From Planctomycetota bacterium (GTDB lineage: Bacteria; Planctomycetota; SZUA-567; H5-PLA8): DNA of 64,000 nt. Numbering within the stretch: the first letter of the stretch is position 1; each line of letters starts with the position of its first letter. The notes beneath the pieces are model-generated. The model was given only the letters and a program-made list of their open reading frames with translations, searched no databases and was not told where the DNA came from. The stretch is from the NCBI GenBank assembly GCA_038227875.1, contig JBBRPR010000016.1, forward strand, positions 64,001 through 128,000, read 5' to 3'. This document shows positions 49,207 to 58,963 of the stretch, piece after piece. Both the position numbers and the translations under genes were made by a program.

Positions 49207-50109
49207 ATGGCTTCCACGCTGCGCGCTCACCGCTACTTCGAACCCGGCGCCCTCTCTCTGGCCGTCCTGCAGGGTAACCACGGCGACGGGGGCGTCGACG
49301 AGCACGCGCACGACTTCATCGAACTGGTCTTGTTCGCCGAAGGCTCGACGATCCACGAATACGCCGGGAAGCGCTACGAACTGACGCCTGGCGACGTCTT
49401 CATCATCCACCCCGGCGAACCCCACGCGTACACCGACGGCCGCAACGTGAAGCTCTGGAACTGCATCTTCCTCCCCGAAGTGGTGATGCCCGATCTCGAA
49501 TACCTCAAGCGCATGGACGGTTTCTTCGACATGGTCATGGTTGAACCGTTCTTCCGCAGCGAAGCCGGGATGCGCAACAAGCTCCACCTCGATGCGCCCA
49601 CCCGCATCCGCGTTGAAGAACTGCTCACCGAGATGCGCCTGGAACTGGAGAAGAAAACGCCCGGCTACGAAGCCTCCGCGCGCGCGATGCTGATCCAGCT
49701 CCTCGTGTACGTCGCGCGTTTCCGGGCGAAGCTCAACAGCGAAGCGAAGGACGCCGACGGCGAAGAACTCAGCGGCAAGCGCTCGCTGATCCGCGATTGC
49801 ATCCGCTACATCGAAGAGCATTATCCCGAGGAAATCCGGCTCGACAATCTCGCCGACCGCGCGTATTTGAGCCCCGAATACTTTTCGAAAGTCTTCAAGC
49901 GCCTGACTTCGCAGACGCCGATCGAATTCATCAACAACGTCCGCCTGGAAAAAGCCAAGAACCTGCTGGCCAGTTCGTCGCTCCCGGTGACTGACATCGC
50001 CTACCGCACCGGCTTCCACGATTCGAATTACTTCGCGCGCCAGTTCAAAAAAACAACAGGCCTCACCCCCGGCGATTACCGCAAGCGCGCCGCCGCGGGA
50101 TATCTGTAG
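49207..50109 (+). CDS. AraC-family regulator (RhaR/RhaS-like)
   Basis: HAHDFIEL cupin; C-terminal HTH with IA...GF.DSNYFARQFKK.TG.TP..YR. Confidence 0.92.
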   Translation: MASTLRAHRYFEPGALSLAVLQGNHGDGGVDEHAHDFIELVLFAEGSTIHEYAGKRYELTPGDVFIIHPGEPHAYTDGRNVKLWNCIFLPEVVMPDLEYLKRMDGFFDMVMVEPFFRSEAGMRNKLHLDAPTRIRVEELLTEMRLELEKKTPGYEASARAMLIQLLVYVARFRAKLNSEAKDADGEELSGKRSLIRDCIRYIEEHYPEEIRLDNLADRAYLSPEYFSKVFKRLTSQTPIEFINNVRLEKAKNLLASSSLPVTDIAYRTGFHDSNYFARQFKKTTGLTPGDYRKRAAAGYL

Positions 50110-50145
50110 CCCAACGTTTGCAGGCGTCCCGCCTGCAATAGTTGG

Positions 50146-50847
50146 TCACGGATTGGCCGGCGGCGTCGTCACGCGGTTGTACTCCACGACCAGCACCAGA
50201 TTGTCGCTGCGCCGCGTCCCGGTACCGACGAGCTTGTCCTTGGAGACGGGCTTCAGCTGCATGTCGAATTCATAGCCGGGATTGAACGTCTCGTGGACAT
50301 GCAGCTCGCCGTTTTTGACTTCGATGGAATCGAAAAGATACTGCTTGTCCTTGTTGTAGTCCGTCACGCGCATGGTCAGCCGGCCGTCGGGCTGAATTTC
50401 GACGCGGTAGTAGCACTTGTAGCTGATCGACTCCTTGGTTTCTTCCCATTCGCCGGTGAAATCAAAGCGTGTCGCATCGATGGCGCTCAAGAGCCTCTCG
50501 ACGCGTTCGCGCACTTCCTCCGACGGCGGATGAGCGCGGATTTTCCGCAGCGTCGTCTCCGCGCACAGTCCCATGCGCGCCAGTCCGGCACTGCCGGCTT
50601 CGCGGGTGGTGAAGTCGTCGGAATCGAGCTTCAACAGCAGCGCATCGATCTTCTGCTGCTCGTCGGGCGACGCCTCCACGATCTTGATTTCCGGCAGCGT
50701 TTTGGCTTCAGGATTTTCAGGCGTTTTGTGATCGGTGTTGACGACCGGCGCGTTCTTCCCGCCCGGGTCAACAGGCTGCTCCGCGCGAGCCAAACCACCA
50801 AGCGCGAGGGCAAAAATCGGGATAACCAGCCAGGCGCGTGATCCCAT
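50146..50847 (-). CDS. Secreted hypothetical protein with HEAT-like hairpin
   Basis: Signal peptide; LDSDDF.TREA....L..MG..EEVRER. Confidence 0.72.
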   Translation of the reverse strand: MGSRAWLVIPIFALALGGLARAEQPVDPGGKNAPVVNTDHKTPENPEAKTLPEIKIVEASPDEQQKIDALLLKLDSDDFTTREAGSAGLARMGLCAETTLRKIRAHPPSEEVRERVERLLSAIDATRFDFTGEWEETKESISYKCYYRVEIQPDGRLTMRVTDYNKDKQYLFDSIEVKNGELHVHETFNPGYEFDMQLKPVSKDKLVGTGTRRSDNLVLVVEYNRVTTPPANP

Positions 50848-51016
50848 GGCCAAAAAGTCTAACGCGCTTCAGGTGTGAGTAAACAGTTCTGTTTGCAGAA
50901 GAAGCCGGCGCTTAGCACCCCCTCTGAAATCGCTCATGGTAAAGATTGACGGCACAGTGACAATCGCTACGATTTCAAAGACTTCATTAGCGCACCCAAA
51001 TTGACACACGGAGACT

Positions 51017-54000
51017 ATGATGAGCCACAGCCGCCGCGGCATCCGGTCGCATTTTGTCGTGTTCGCACTGACGGTTCTCTGCGGCCTGTTGGGCGCTCAA
51101 AAATGCCACGCGCAAGCCTACACCTGGAACGTTAGTGGTACGGCTTCATGGACGACTCCCACCAACTGGCTGCCCAATGGTGTTCCCGGGACGTCGATTA
51201 CGGACACCGTCACCATTTCCAGTGGCACGCCACAGCTGACGACCAACGAGACGATACAATCGCTCACGGTTGCCGGCACCGTCGATATCAGCGGCGGAGC
51301 AATCCTCACCACGACCAACGCCACGATTCAAAATGGAGGGCAGTTGAACAACTCCGGCACACTTGTAGTCAGCGGCGCGATGACCACGGACTCCTCCTCG
51401 ACAACGGTGATAAATACTGTTTTAAATGTGCTCGCCGGCGCCACGGTTACGGTGAACAGCGGAACGCTGGACTTGCATCAGGGTCTTAACAACGGAACCA
51501 TTACGGCCACCGCGGGCACATCTGTTCATGTCACGCCCATCAATACGTACACGAACGGAACGGGCGTGTTTGTCGGAACCTTGACCGTGGACGGCATGCT
51601 GCAATTCAACTCGCCCGTCAGCATGGCGCCGTTGATCACATTGAATAATCTCGGGACGCTGAGCGGCACCGTGCTGGTCACGATCACTACAGGCGGATCA
51701 CTGACGACCACAGGCAACGTGAACGTGCCGATGCTGTTCAATTCTGGCGCGACGCTTTCCATGTCGGCCAACCCGGTTTTCAACTCCAATGTAACCTGCA
51801 ACGGGACCGGTTCGGTCAATGGCGTATCGACGCTGACGATCAACGGCGGAGCCACGCTCGACTTTGGCGGGACCACGTCGATCAACGCCAACAGTGGAGC
51901 GATGACAATCACGGGCGCCGGAACATTCAGTAATAGCGGCACCATGACCAACATCACCAACACGATCAATATTGCCTGCAACGCCACGAATTCCGGAACC
52001 ATGATGAACAACGTCGGCAGCACAACGTCGATTAATGTCAGCAGTACATTCACGAATAGTGGCTCGATTCAGACGCTCAATTCCGGCGCGGCAGTGGTGA
52101 TCGTGTCCACCGGAACAATGACGGTGGCAGGGGGAGGAGGTTTTTCCGGCGGTCTGGTGGTGGTCTACGGCACTCTGACCGTCAATACCACGCTGGCGAT
52201 TCCGGGGACGTTGCTGGTCGGATATTCGACGAACTTCGGCGGCTCGGGCAACGGCACTGTTAATGGCACGGGCGCGATTAATATCACCGGCACGATGACC
52301 GTCAGCGGCAACGCCGGTTCCGTGCTGTCGATTGCGGTGCCGATCACGACCACCGCGCCCGGAGTGTTCAACCTCAGCAACGTTGCACTCACGCAATCGG
52401 CCGACATCATCAACAACAGCACCGTTACTCTCACCGGATCATCTGCGATCATGACGTTTGGCGGAACGCTGTCGGGGAACGGCACGGTGAACCTGACCAG
52501 CGGCCCGCAAATAAAAGGTACCGGCAGCATCTCGAGTGCCTGTGCGTTCAGTCTTAGCGGCGGCGGCGCGGGGATCATCAGTGTTCCCGCTACAATCGAT
52601 TCCATGTCGACCGCGTTCGGTACGAGCTTGCAGATCGACTCGAGTCTCGCGTGTGCGAATTCGTTCAGCTACAACACCAACTCTGCCATGGTCATCAATT
52701 CGCCTGCAACGCTGACGCTGCAAGGTACATCAACGATGAATACCGGCACGATCAACGGCAGCGGAACGCTCGCGGTGGCCTCTACGGGAACGCTTTCGTT
52801 CACCGGCATCGGAACTCAGACGATCAATCCGACCGTAAACGTGGCTGGAGCGCTGAGTCTTAACAATTCAGCCGGCAACACCACGATCCCCAATTTAATC
52901 AACACTGGTACGGTTACGGTTACGCAGGGGCAGACGAATGTAACCAATGGCAGCAGCACGGCCCCGGGAATGCTGGTAACCAATGGAGCCGCCGTGCTGA
53001 AGATCCTGAACAACACGAATTTTGCGAACTCTGGAGCAATGTCGGGCACGTTCGTCGTCGCGGGACAGGTGACGCAGAGCGGCGCACTAACCATTCCCGG
53101 TTCGCTGCAGATGGGAGACGGTGCGACCCTGGGACATTTCGCTGGCAGCGGCAGCATCTCGATCACTGGAACTCTGACGGACACCTCGGTGTCTGGTTCC
53201 GTGTTCGATATTTCCGCGACAGTCGGCTCCGCCGGTACGATGAATCTGACGGACAACGGCATTGAATTTAAGAATGGTCTCACCAACAACGGTATAACCA
53301 CGTTGACTCTGAGCGGCCTGAACGTGCTGAAAATCACGGGCTCGACGTTTACCAACAATGGGACGTTAAACCTTCAGGGAAACATTTCCGGGACGGGCAA
53401 TGTGAGCAACGCCGCCGCGGGCACGATCACGGTGACGGCGTCCCAGAGCATCACCTGCCCCGTCGCCAATGCCGGCAACGTCACGCTTCAAAGCGGAGTC
53501 ACGCTGGCCTGCAGCGGCGGCTATGTGCAAAGCGCCGGGACCTCGCAGATCACGCTCGGCGGTCTCACGAGCAACACGACGCTCAACGGAGGAAATCTGA
53601 AGCTCTCGCAAAACTGCACGCTTACCGGTTCGCTGACGAACACCGGCGGCGCGATCTCGTTCCTCTCGCGCGGCAAACTCGCAATCACCACGAATTACAC
53701 GCAGGGTTCAGCCGGGTCGTTCGCGACTACAATTTCCGGAACCGCAGTGGGAAATTTTGATCAACTCGTCGTCACTGGCTCCGCGACGCTCAACGGTGCG
53801 CTCAACGTCTCCCTTAGCGCGTATGCGCCAGTGCCCTCTGATACGTTCGCCGTGATCACCAGCGCCGGCGTCACGAGCACCTTTACCTCGTATTCGCCGG
53901 GCACCTCGAACCTGACGCCCTCCTACAGCGGCACGGCAGTCACGCTGATCAACACCGTCATTCCCAATCCGGTGCCGACCTCCACGACGCTCAGTCCCGC

Positions 54001-55633
54001 CTCCGTCGTGGCAGGATCCAGTGCGTTCGTGCTGCTGGTGAACGGATCGAATTTTCTGAACAGTTCGTCGGTGCTTTTCAACGGTACCGGCCGCCCGACC
54101 CTGTTCATCTCCTCCACACTGCTGGGCGCGGCGATTTCAACGTCGGATATTTCATCCGTGGGCTCGGCCAGCATAACTGTCACTAACCCCGCGCCGGGCG
54201 GCGGAACGGCTGCGGCGTTGACGCTAACCATCTCGCCTCCGGCGCCGGCCGTGATCACCAGCGCGCTGACGGCCAGCGGCTTCGTCAACCAGACTTTTGC
54301 TTACGTGATTTCCGCCACGGGCAATCCTCCACCGACGTATTCCGCCACCGGTTTGCCGGCGGGATTGAGCCTGAATGGCTCCACGATCGTCGGCACGCCC
54401 AGCGGCACGGGCACGACGAGCGTCATGATTACGGCGGCGAACGTGCACGGCACCGACAGCAAAACGCTGGTGATCACCATCGGCACGGCCGTATCCAACC
54501 CGCTGGTGGCAGGCAGCGTCGATGTGCTCCCCAATCCCGGTCGCGCGGGCGCGCCGATTACATTCACCGCCAACACCACCGGCGGCGCGGGACCGCTGAC
54601 CTTCGCGTGGGACTTCGGTGACGGTACGGCGCCTGGGAGCGGTAATCCCGTCACGCATATCTACAATGTTTTTGCCGATTCGGCGTTCACGGTGAAAGTG
54701 TCCGTGGGGGACGGCACGGTCAACGTCGCGTCTTCGGTCAATCTCTCCGTGCTCGCGCCAAATTCTGGAGCTGACGGCGTCCTGAACGCCTCCGACGGAA
54801 AGCCTGCCGTGGCCAATCCGCTCACGGGAATTTCACAGCAGGTCACTGGCAGCAATGGCGGCGTGATCCAACTGGCGATCGACGTCTCCGCGCTCAACCG
54901 CGCGGGCTTCGATGTCAGCACCGACTTCCCTGAAACCATTGCCGGCCGCTCGTCGACGGTCGCCGGCATCGTGGCGGTCCATAAATATGTGGAGAACGGC
55001 GTCTACGTGGCGACCAGCACCGCGACGCCCACGGGCAGTACAACCGTCTCCGGAAAATCGCGCAAAACTCTCACCGTCAGCGCGCAGGAGACTGGCGAGA
55101 CCGTGGCCTTCAGCGCCCTGCCGTCCAGTCGCGCGATTCAGACCAGCCAGTTGAAGGGCAAGTTCGTTTTCAGCGGCAAGACCGCCGCAGACTCGGTGAC
55201 TTTCGGAGGGACGCTCGAACTGCCCGCTGGACTGGACCTTTCGAAAAAGCAGGTACTGAACTTTGCGATCGGCAACATCGTCGACACGGTCTCCGTCGAC
55301 GGCAAAGGAAAAGGTGCGGCACCCGGCGCGAATAAACGCATCACCAAGCTTCAACTCAAATACCCCAAGCTGGCCGCCGGGGCGCTCACGACCGCCGGAC
55401 AGAAGGTGACCCTGAGCGCGACGGTAAGCGGCACCGCGCTTTCCGCGGCGGGATTCGACACCGAAGGCATTGCTGCTGGCGCGAAGGACGCCGCCACGAA
55501 AACGGGCGCCAGCCGCAGCATTCAGGTCGCGGTCGTTTTCGCAGGAGTCAGCTACGAAGCACTGGCGCCGGCGACGTTCAAACTCGCCACGAACGGATCG
55601 AGCGGCCAGATCGCCGGACGCAGCGGACTGTAG
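51017..55633 (+). CDS. Large secreted beta-helix / IPT / putative-Ig / PKD protein
   Basis: Signal peptide; W....NW N-terminus; G/T/N/S-rich passenger; VNGSNF...VTNPAPGGG (IPT); ATGLPAGLS (putative Ig); WDFGDG (PKD). Confidence 0.88.
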   Translation: MMSHSRRGIRSHFVVFALTVLCGLLGAQKCHAQAYTWNVSGTASWTTPTNWLPNGVPGTSITDTVTISSGTPQLTTNETIQSLTVAGTVDISGGAILTTTNATIQNGGQLNNSGTLVVSGAMTTDSSSTTVINTVLNVLAGATVTVNSGTLDLHQGLNNGTITATAGTSVHVTPINTYTNGTGVFVGTLTVDGMLQFNSPVSMAPLITLNNLGTLSGTVLVTITTGGSLTTTGNVNVPMLFNSGATLSMSANPVFNSNVTCNGTGSVNGVSTLTINGGATLDFGGTTSINANSGAMTITGAGTFSNSGTMTNITNTINIACNATNSGTMMNNVGSTTSINVSSTFTNSGSIQTLNSGAAVVIVSTGTMTVAGGGGFSGGLVVVYGTLTVNTTLAIPGTLLVGYSTNFGGSGNGTVNGTGAINITGTMTVSGNAGSVLSIAVPITTTAPGVFNLSNVALTQSADIINNSTVTLTGSSAIMTFGGTLSGNGTVNLTSGPQIKGTGSISSACAFSLSGGGAGIISVPATIDSMSTAFGTSLQIDSSLACANSFSYNTNSAMVINSPATLTLQGTSTMNTGTINGSGTLAVASTGTLSFTGIGTQTINPTVNVAGALSLNNSAGNTTIPNLINTGTVTVTQGQTNVTNGSSTAPGMLVTNGAAVLKILNNTNFANSGAMSGTFVVAGQVTQSGALTIPGSLQMGDGATLGHFAGSGSISITGTLTDTSVSGSVFDISATVGSAGTMNLTDNGIEFKNGLTNNGITTLTLSGLNVLKITGSTFTNNGTLNLQGNISGTGNVSNAAAGTITVTASQSITCPVANAGNVTLQSGVTLACSGGYVQSAGTSQITLGGLTSNTTLNGGNLKLSQNCTLTGSLTNTGGAISFLSRGKLAITTNYTQGSAGSFATTISGTAVGNFDQLVVTGSATLNGALNVSLSAYAPVPSDTFAVITSAGVTSTFTSYSPGTSNLTPSYSGTAVTLINTVIPNPVPTSTTLSPASVVAGSSAFVLLVNGSNFLNSSSVLFNGTGRPTLFISSTLLGAAISTSDISSVGSASITVTNPAPGGGTAAALTLTISPPAPAVITSALTASGFVNQTFAYVISATGNPPPTYSATGLPAGLSLNGSTIVGTPSGTGTTSVMITAANVHGTDSKTLVITIGTAVSNPLVAGSVDVLPNPGRAGAPITFTANTTGGAGPLTFAWDFGDGTAPGSGNPVTHIYNVFADSAFTVKVSVGDGTVNVASSVNLSVLAPNSGADGVLNASDGKPAVANPLTGISQQVTGSNGGVIQLAIDVSALNRAGFDVSTDFPETIAGRSSTVAGIVAVHKYVENGVYVATSTATPTGSTTVSGKSRKTLTVSAQETGETVAFSALPSSRAIQTSQLKGKFVFSGKTAADSVTFGGTLELPAGLDLSKKQVLNFAIGNIVDTVSVDGKGKGAAPGANKRITKLQLKYPKLAAGALTTAGQKVTLSATVSGTALSAAGFDTEGIAAGAKDAATKTGASRSIQVAVVFAGVSYEALAPATFKLATNGSSGQIAGRSGL

Positions 55634-55774
55634 TCGCGGGCTGTGGCATTGGGCAAAAGCCAGTCAGGGGACTTGCTCGACGCGAGTGGGCCGAGCGACG
55701 GCGCACGCAACGTTATGCAATATGAAATCCGCAATGAATTGCCCGCCGCGCCTCGACCCCGTAAACTCGCGTCC

Positions 55775-56572
55775 ATGAACGTCCTCCGAATCTGCACCCT
55801 CGCGCTCCTTCTCGCCGGTCTGGTCCGCGCCGAAGAACCTGTCGCCGTCAACGCCTACTTCTCCAAAGACGACACACACTGGCCCGCCGTTGAAAAGACC
55901 CTCGATGCCGCCGCTGCGAAGTACCCGCGGCTGCGGCTCAGCAAGATCGATATCGATACGCCCGTCGGATACAAGCTGCTCCGCGCGCTGGAATCGCTCA
56001 ACGACACCCAAACCGGCGACCTGACCGTCACCGTCGAACACGTGACGCTGACCAGCAAAGGCGAGCGGCGCGATGTCGAGACCTACCTGCCGTCGGCCAT
56101 TGAGCGAGCGCTCGGGTTGGCGGGGATCAAAGGCAAGAAGCCGGCCGATGCCGCGGCCTACGCCGCGGAAATTTTCGGCGCAGGCGCGACGGCGACACCG
56201 GACGGCGCGGCGGACCCGGATCGCGATGACGCCTTCTTCCGCGTGAAATTGAACGGGCAGATCGCAGGGTGGGTGGTTAACGCGTACCGCAAAATCGAGT
56301 GCCCCGTCTGCAGCGACGCGCAATTCCTGATCGCGGTGAAATCCCCGACGCTCACGATCGTCGACATGCGACCGGTGCGCGAGCTGGAAATCCGCGGTGT
56401 CAAGGCCGACGACGCTGTGACGCGCCCGTTCCTGGCGCAGGTTAAAGGCCGCGCCGCCAGCGACGGCGAGAAGCGTATCGACGTGCTCTCCGGCGCGACC
56501 AAGACCACCACCGCCTACCAGATCGCGATCAATGAAGTGCTCCAGGAATTGCAGAAGCGGGAGAAGCAATGA
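55775..56572 (+). CDS. Secreted protein with FMN-binding (flavinylation) domain
   Basis: Signal peptide; CPVC; C-terminal IDVLSGATKTT matches the D..SGAT motif. Confidence 0.7.
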   Translation: MNVLRICTLALLLAGLVRAEEPVAVNAYFSKDDTHWPAVEKTLDAAAAKYPRLRLSKIDIDTPVGYKLLRALESLNDTQTGDLTVTVEHVTLTSKGERRDVETYLPSAIERALGLAGIKGKKPADAAAYAAEIFGAGATATPDGAADPDRDDAFFRVKLNGQIAGWVVNAYRKIECPVCSDAQFLIAVKSPTLTIVDMRPVRELEIRGVKADDAVTRPFLAQVKGRAASDGEKRIDVLSGATKTTTAYQIAINEVLQELQKREKQ

Positions 56573-58890
56573 AAGTCGCACGCGTTTTATTCATGATGCT
56601 GCTGGCCAGCGCCGGTTGCCGGGCCGCCGAACCGGCGCCGCCCAAGCCGCTGCTCACGATCCTCTACACCGCCGAAGCACACGCCGCGCTCCTGCCCTGC
56701 GAATGCCCGCTGCAGCCGCTCGGCGGCGTCGCGCGTCGCGCGGCGCTGATCAACCAGTATCGCCAGCGCGGACCGGTCGTGGTGGTCGACGCCGGCGGCT
56801 GGGCCTCGGGCGGAATTTACGACGAAGACACCGACGGCGACCCCGCCCGCGACCAACTCCGCTCGGAATTGATGCAGAAAGCGATGCAGGAGATCGGCTA
56901 CGACGGCGTCGTCCTGTGTCCCCAGGACCTCGCCGCGCGCTCGCAGGTCCTCCCGCTGACGCTACCGGGGGCGACCGCGATGCCGCTGGTGCTGAAAGAC
57001 AAGTTCGCACTCCCTATCCGTATCTTTGGCTGGGATGAAGCCAGCGCCCCGCAGCTCCCCCGATTGGCGGCGATGCCGCCTTCGGATTTCAGCGCCGCCC
57101 ATTCGGAAAAGTTCTTCGACGTCCATCTTTGCCGCCTGGGCGAGGAGGGCGCGGAATCGCTCGCCAACGCCACACACGGAGACGTGATCGTCAGCGCGGG
57201 GCGCAAGTCCACCCAGCGCATCGGCTGGCACTCCGGAGAGACGACGCTGGCGAATTTCGACTACGAGGCGCAACGGCTGGGCGTGATCGAGGTCTTCCCC
57301 GGCGAAGCCGGAGCCTCGCGGAAATTCGACGTGCGGGTGCGCTTCGAACCGCTGACCGCGCAGATCCCCGACGACCCAAAAATCGCAGCGATGCTCGCGC
57401 CGCATCTCCAGGCCCTGAAGAAAAAGTCCAAGGAGAAGATCCAGATCGAATTCTGGACGATGCCCGAATGCCCCTACTGCGCGCAGATCCGCCCGGACAT
57501 CGAACGCATCGCCAAAGACCTGGCGGGGCGAGTGGAGGTCACTTTCCACTTCGTGCTCCACCGCGAGAACGGAAAGTTCGGCTCGCTGCACGGCCCGCGC
57601 GAATACCAGGAAGCCCGCCTCCAGGCAGTGATCCGCACATATTATCCGGAAAAGATGTGGGAGTGGGCCGCGTGGCGCGACACCGCGCGCGAGGCGCCAT
57701 GGGAGGAAGGCGCGAAGAAATTCGGCATGCTCCCCGCGCGAATCCGCGGTGCGCTGGCCGAAAACGAAGCCGACCAGATCCTCGAGAAGGATTACGAACT
57801 GATGCAGCGCCGGCACGTCGAAGGCACGCCGTCGCTGGTGATCGGCAACCGCATGTACGCGGCCACCGACGGATCGATGGAGCGCCAGCAGATCCTGCGC
57901 GTGCTCTGCGCCAACCTCTCCGCGCCCGCTCCGGCCGCGTGCAAGGACGTCCCCGCCTGCTTCTTCGATGCCCAGTGCAAAAAGCGCGGCTTCGTCGGCA
58001 AATGCAGCGATGCCGGGAAACCCGGCGCGGCCTGCGACTTTTCAAAGCCCGCCGTCGTGGTGCCGGCCGTGGTGATCGACGATCGTGAGAACGTCTACGA
58101 CAACTACGAACACATTCTCGACCTGATCGTCAATGACCTGCCCGGCCTGCAGCACCGCGTCATCGACGTCTCGACACCCGAGGCCCGCACGCTGATCGAA
58201 AAACTGAAGCTGGTGCGCCTCCCGGCCTACGTGCTCGACGCCGTCGCCAAGACGGAAACCAATTTCGAGGACGGCATCGGGAAGGTCGTCTCCGAAAACG
58301 CCGCGGAGAAAAAGCTGGTCGTCCAACCCCTGGCCGTCGGCGCCCACCGGTTACTTAACCGCGAGCGCATCAAGGGGCGCGTCGACCTGTTTGTCTCTCG
58401 CTTCAGCAAAAGCGGCCAGGAGTCGCTCGAAGCCGCTTTAGAATACGTCAAAACGCTCGGCGCCGACGCCCCCGAACTGGTCGTGCACGACGCGCTCTAC
58501 CTGAAGCAGAAAGACGAGGCCGGCAGCCAGGAACTCGCCGCATCTGGCGGCATCGCCGAACTGGAAGAAGCCGCGCGCGCCTTGGCCGTCCGCAAAATAG
58601 CACCGGAAAAGTTCGAAGCGTACCTGCTCGAACGCGGCAAAAAGCGCGGGAGCTCGTACTGGGATGTGGCCTTGAATACGCTGAAAATCGACGCCAACAA
58701 AGTCCGCGAACTGGCCGACGCGCCGGAAATCCTGGCGCAACTTCAGGCCGAAGCCGCGCTGCTGAAGAACATCGAAGCCGGCGGCGAAATCTCCTTCCTC
58801 GGCGAGAACTGCGAGCTCATCGCCATCCGCTCGCGCGAAGACCTTCGCCACACGCTGGAAGCCATCGGGAGGCACCGGCCGCGGAAGTAA
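56569..58890 (+). CDS. Secreted UshA-like metallophosphoesterase-fold / thioredoxin (DsbA-like) fusion protein
   Basis: LLPCEC....GGVARRA and VDAG; CPYC with GTPSLVI (cis-Pro); Cys-rich linker; further degenerate thioredoxin-like repeats. Confidence 0.7.
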   Translation: MKVARVLFMMLLASAGCRAAEPAPPKPLLTILYTAEAHAALLPCECPLQPLGGVARRAALINQYRQRGPVVVVDAGGWASGGIYDEDTDGDPARDQLRSELMQKAMQEIGYDGVVLCPQDLAARSQVLPLTLPGATAMPLVLKDKFALPIRIFGWDEASAPQLPRLAAMPPSDFSAAHSEKFFDVHLCRLGEEGAESLANATHGDVIVSAGRKSTQRIGWHSGETTLANFDYEAQRLGVIEVFPGEAGASRKFDVRVRFEPLTAQIPDDPKIAAMLAPHLQALKKKSKEKIQIEFWTMPECPYCAQIRPDIERIAKDLAGRVEVTFHFVLHRENGKFGSLHGPREYQEARLQAVIRTYYPEKMWEWAAWRDTAREAPWEEGAKKFGMLPARIRGALAENEADQILEKDYELMQRRHVEGTPSLVIGNRMYAATDGSMERQQILRVLCANLSAPAPAACKDVPACFFDAQCKKRGFVGKCSDAGKPGAACDFSKPAVVVPAVVIDDRENVYDNYEHILDLIVNDLPGLQHRVIDVSTPEARTLIEKLKLVRLPAYVLDAVAKTETNFEDGIGKVVSENAAEKKLVVQPLAVGAHRLLNRERIKGRVDLFVSRFSKSGQESLEAALEYVKTLGADAPELVVHDALYLKQKDEAGSQELAASGGIAELEEAARALAVRKIAPEKFEAYLLERGKKRGSSYWDVALNTLKIDANKVRELADAPEILAQLQAEAALLKNIEAGGEISFLGENCELIAIRSREDLRHTLEAIGRHRPRK

Positions 58891-58963
58891 TTGTCCACGG
58901 CGCGCACTGCCAGTATCATCTGCGCTTTCATTTTCATCCGTTCAAATAAGGGAGCACCAGGCA

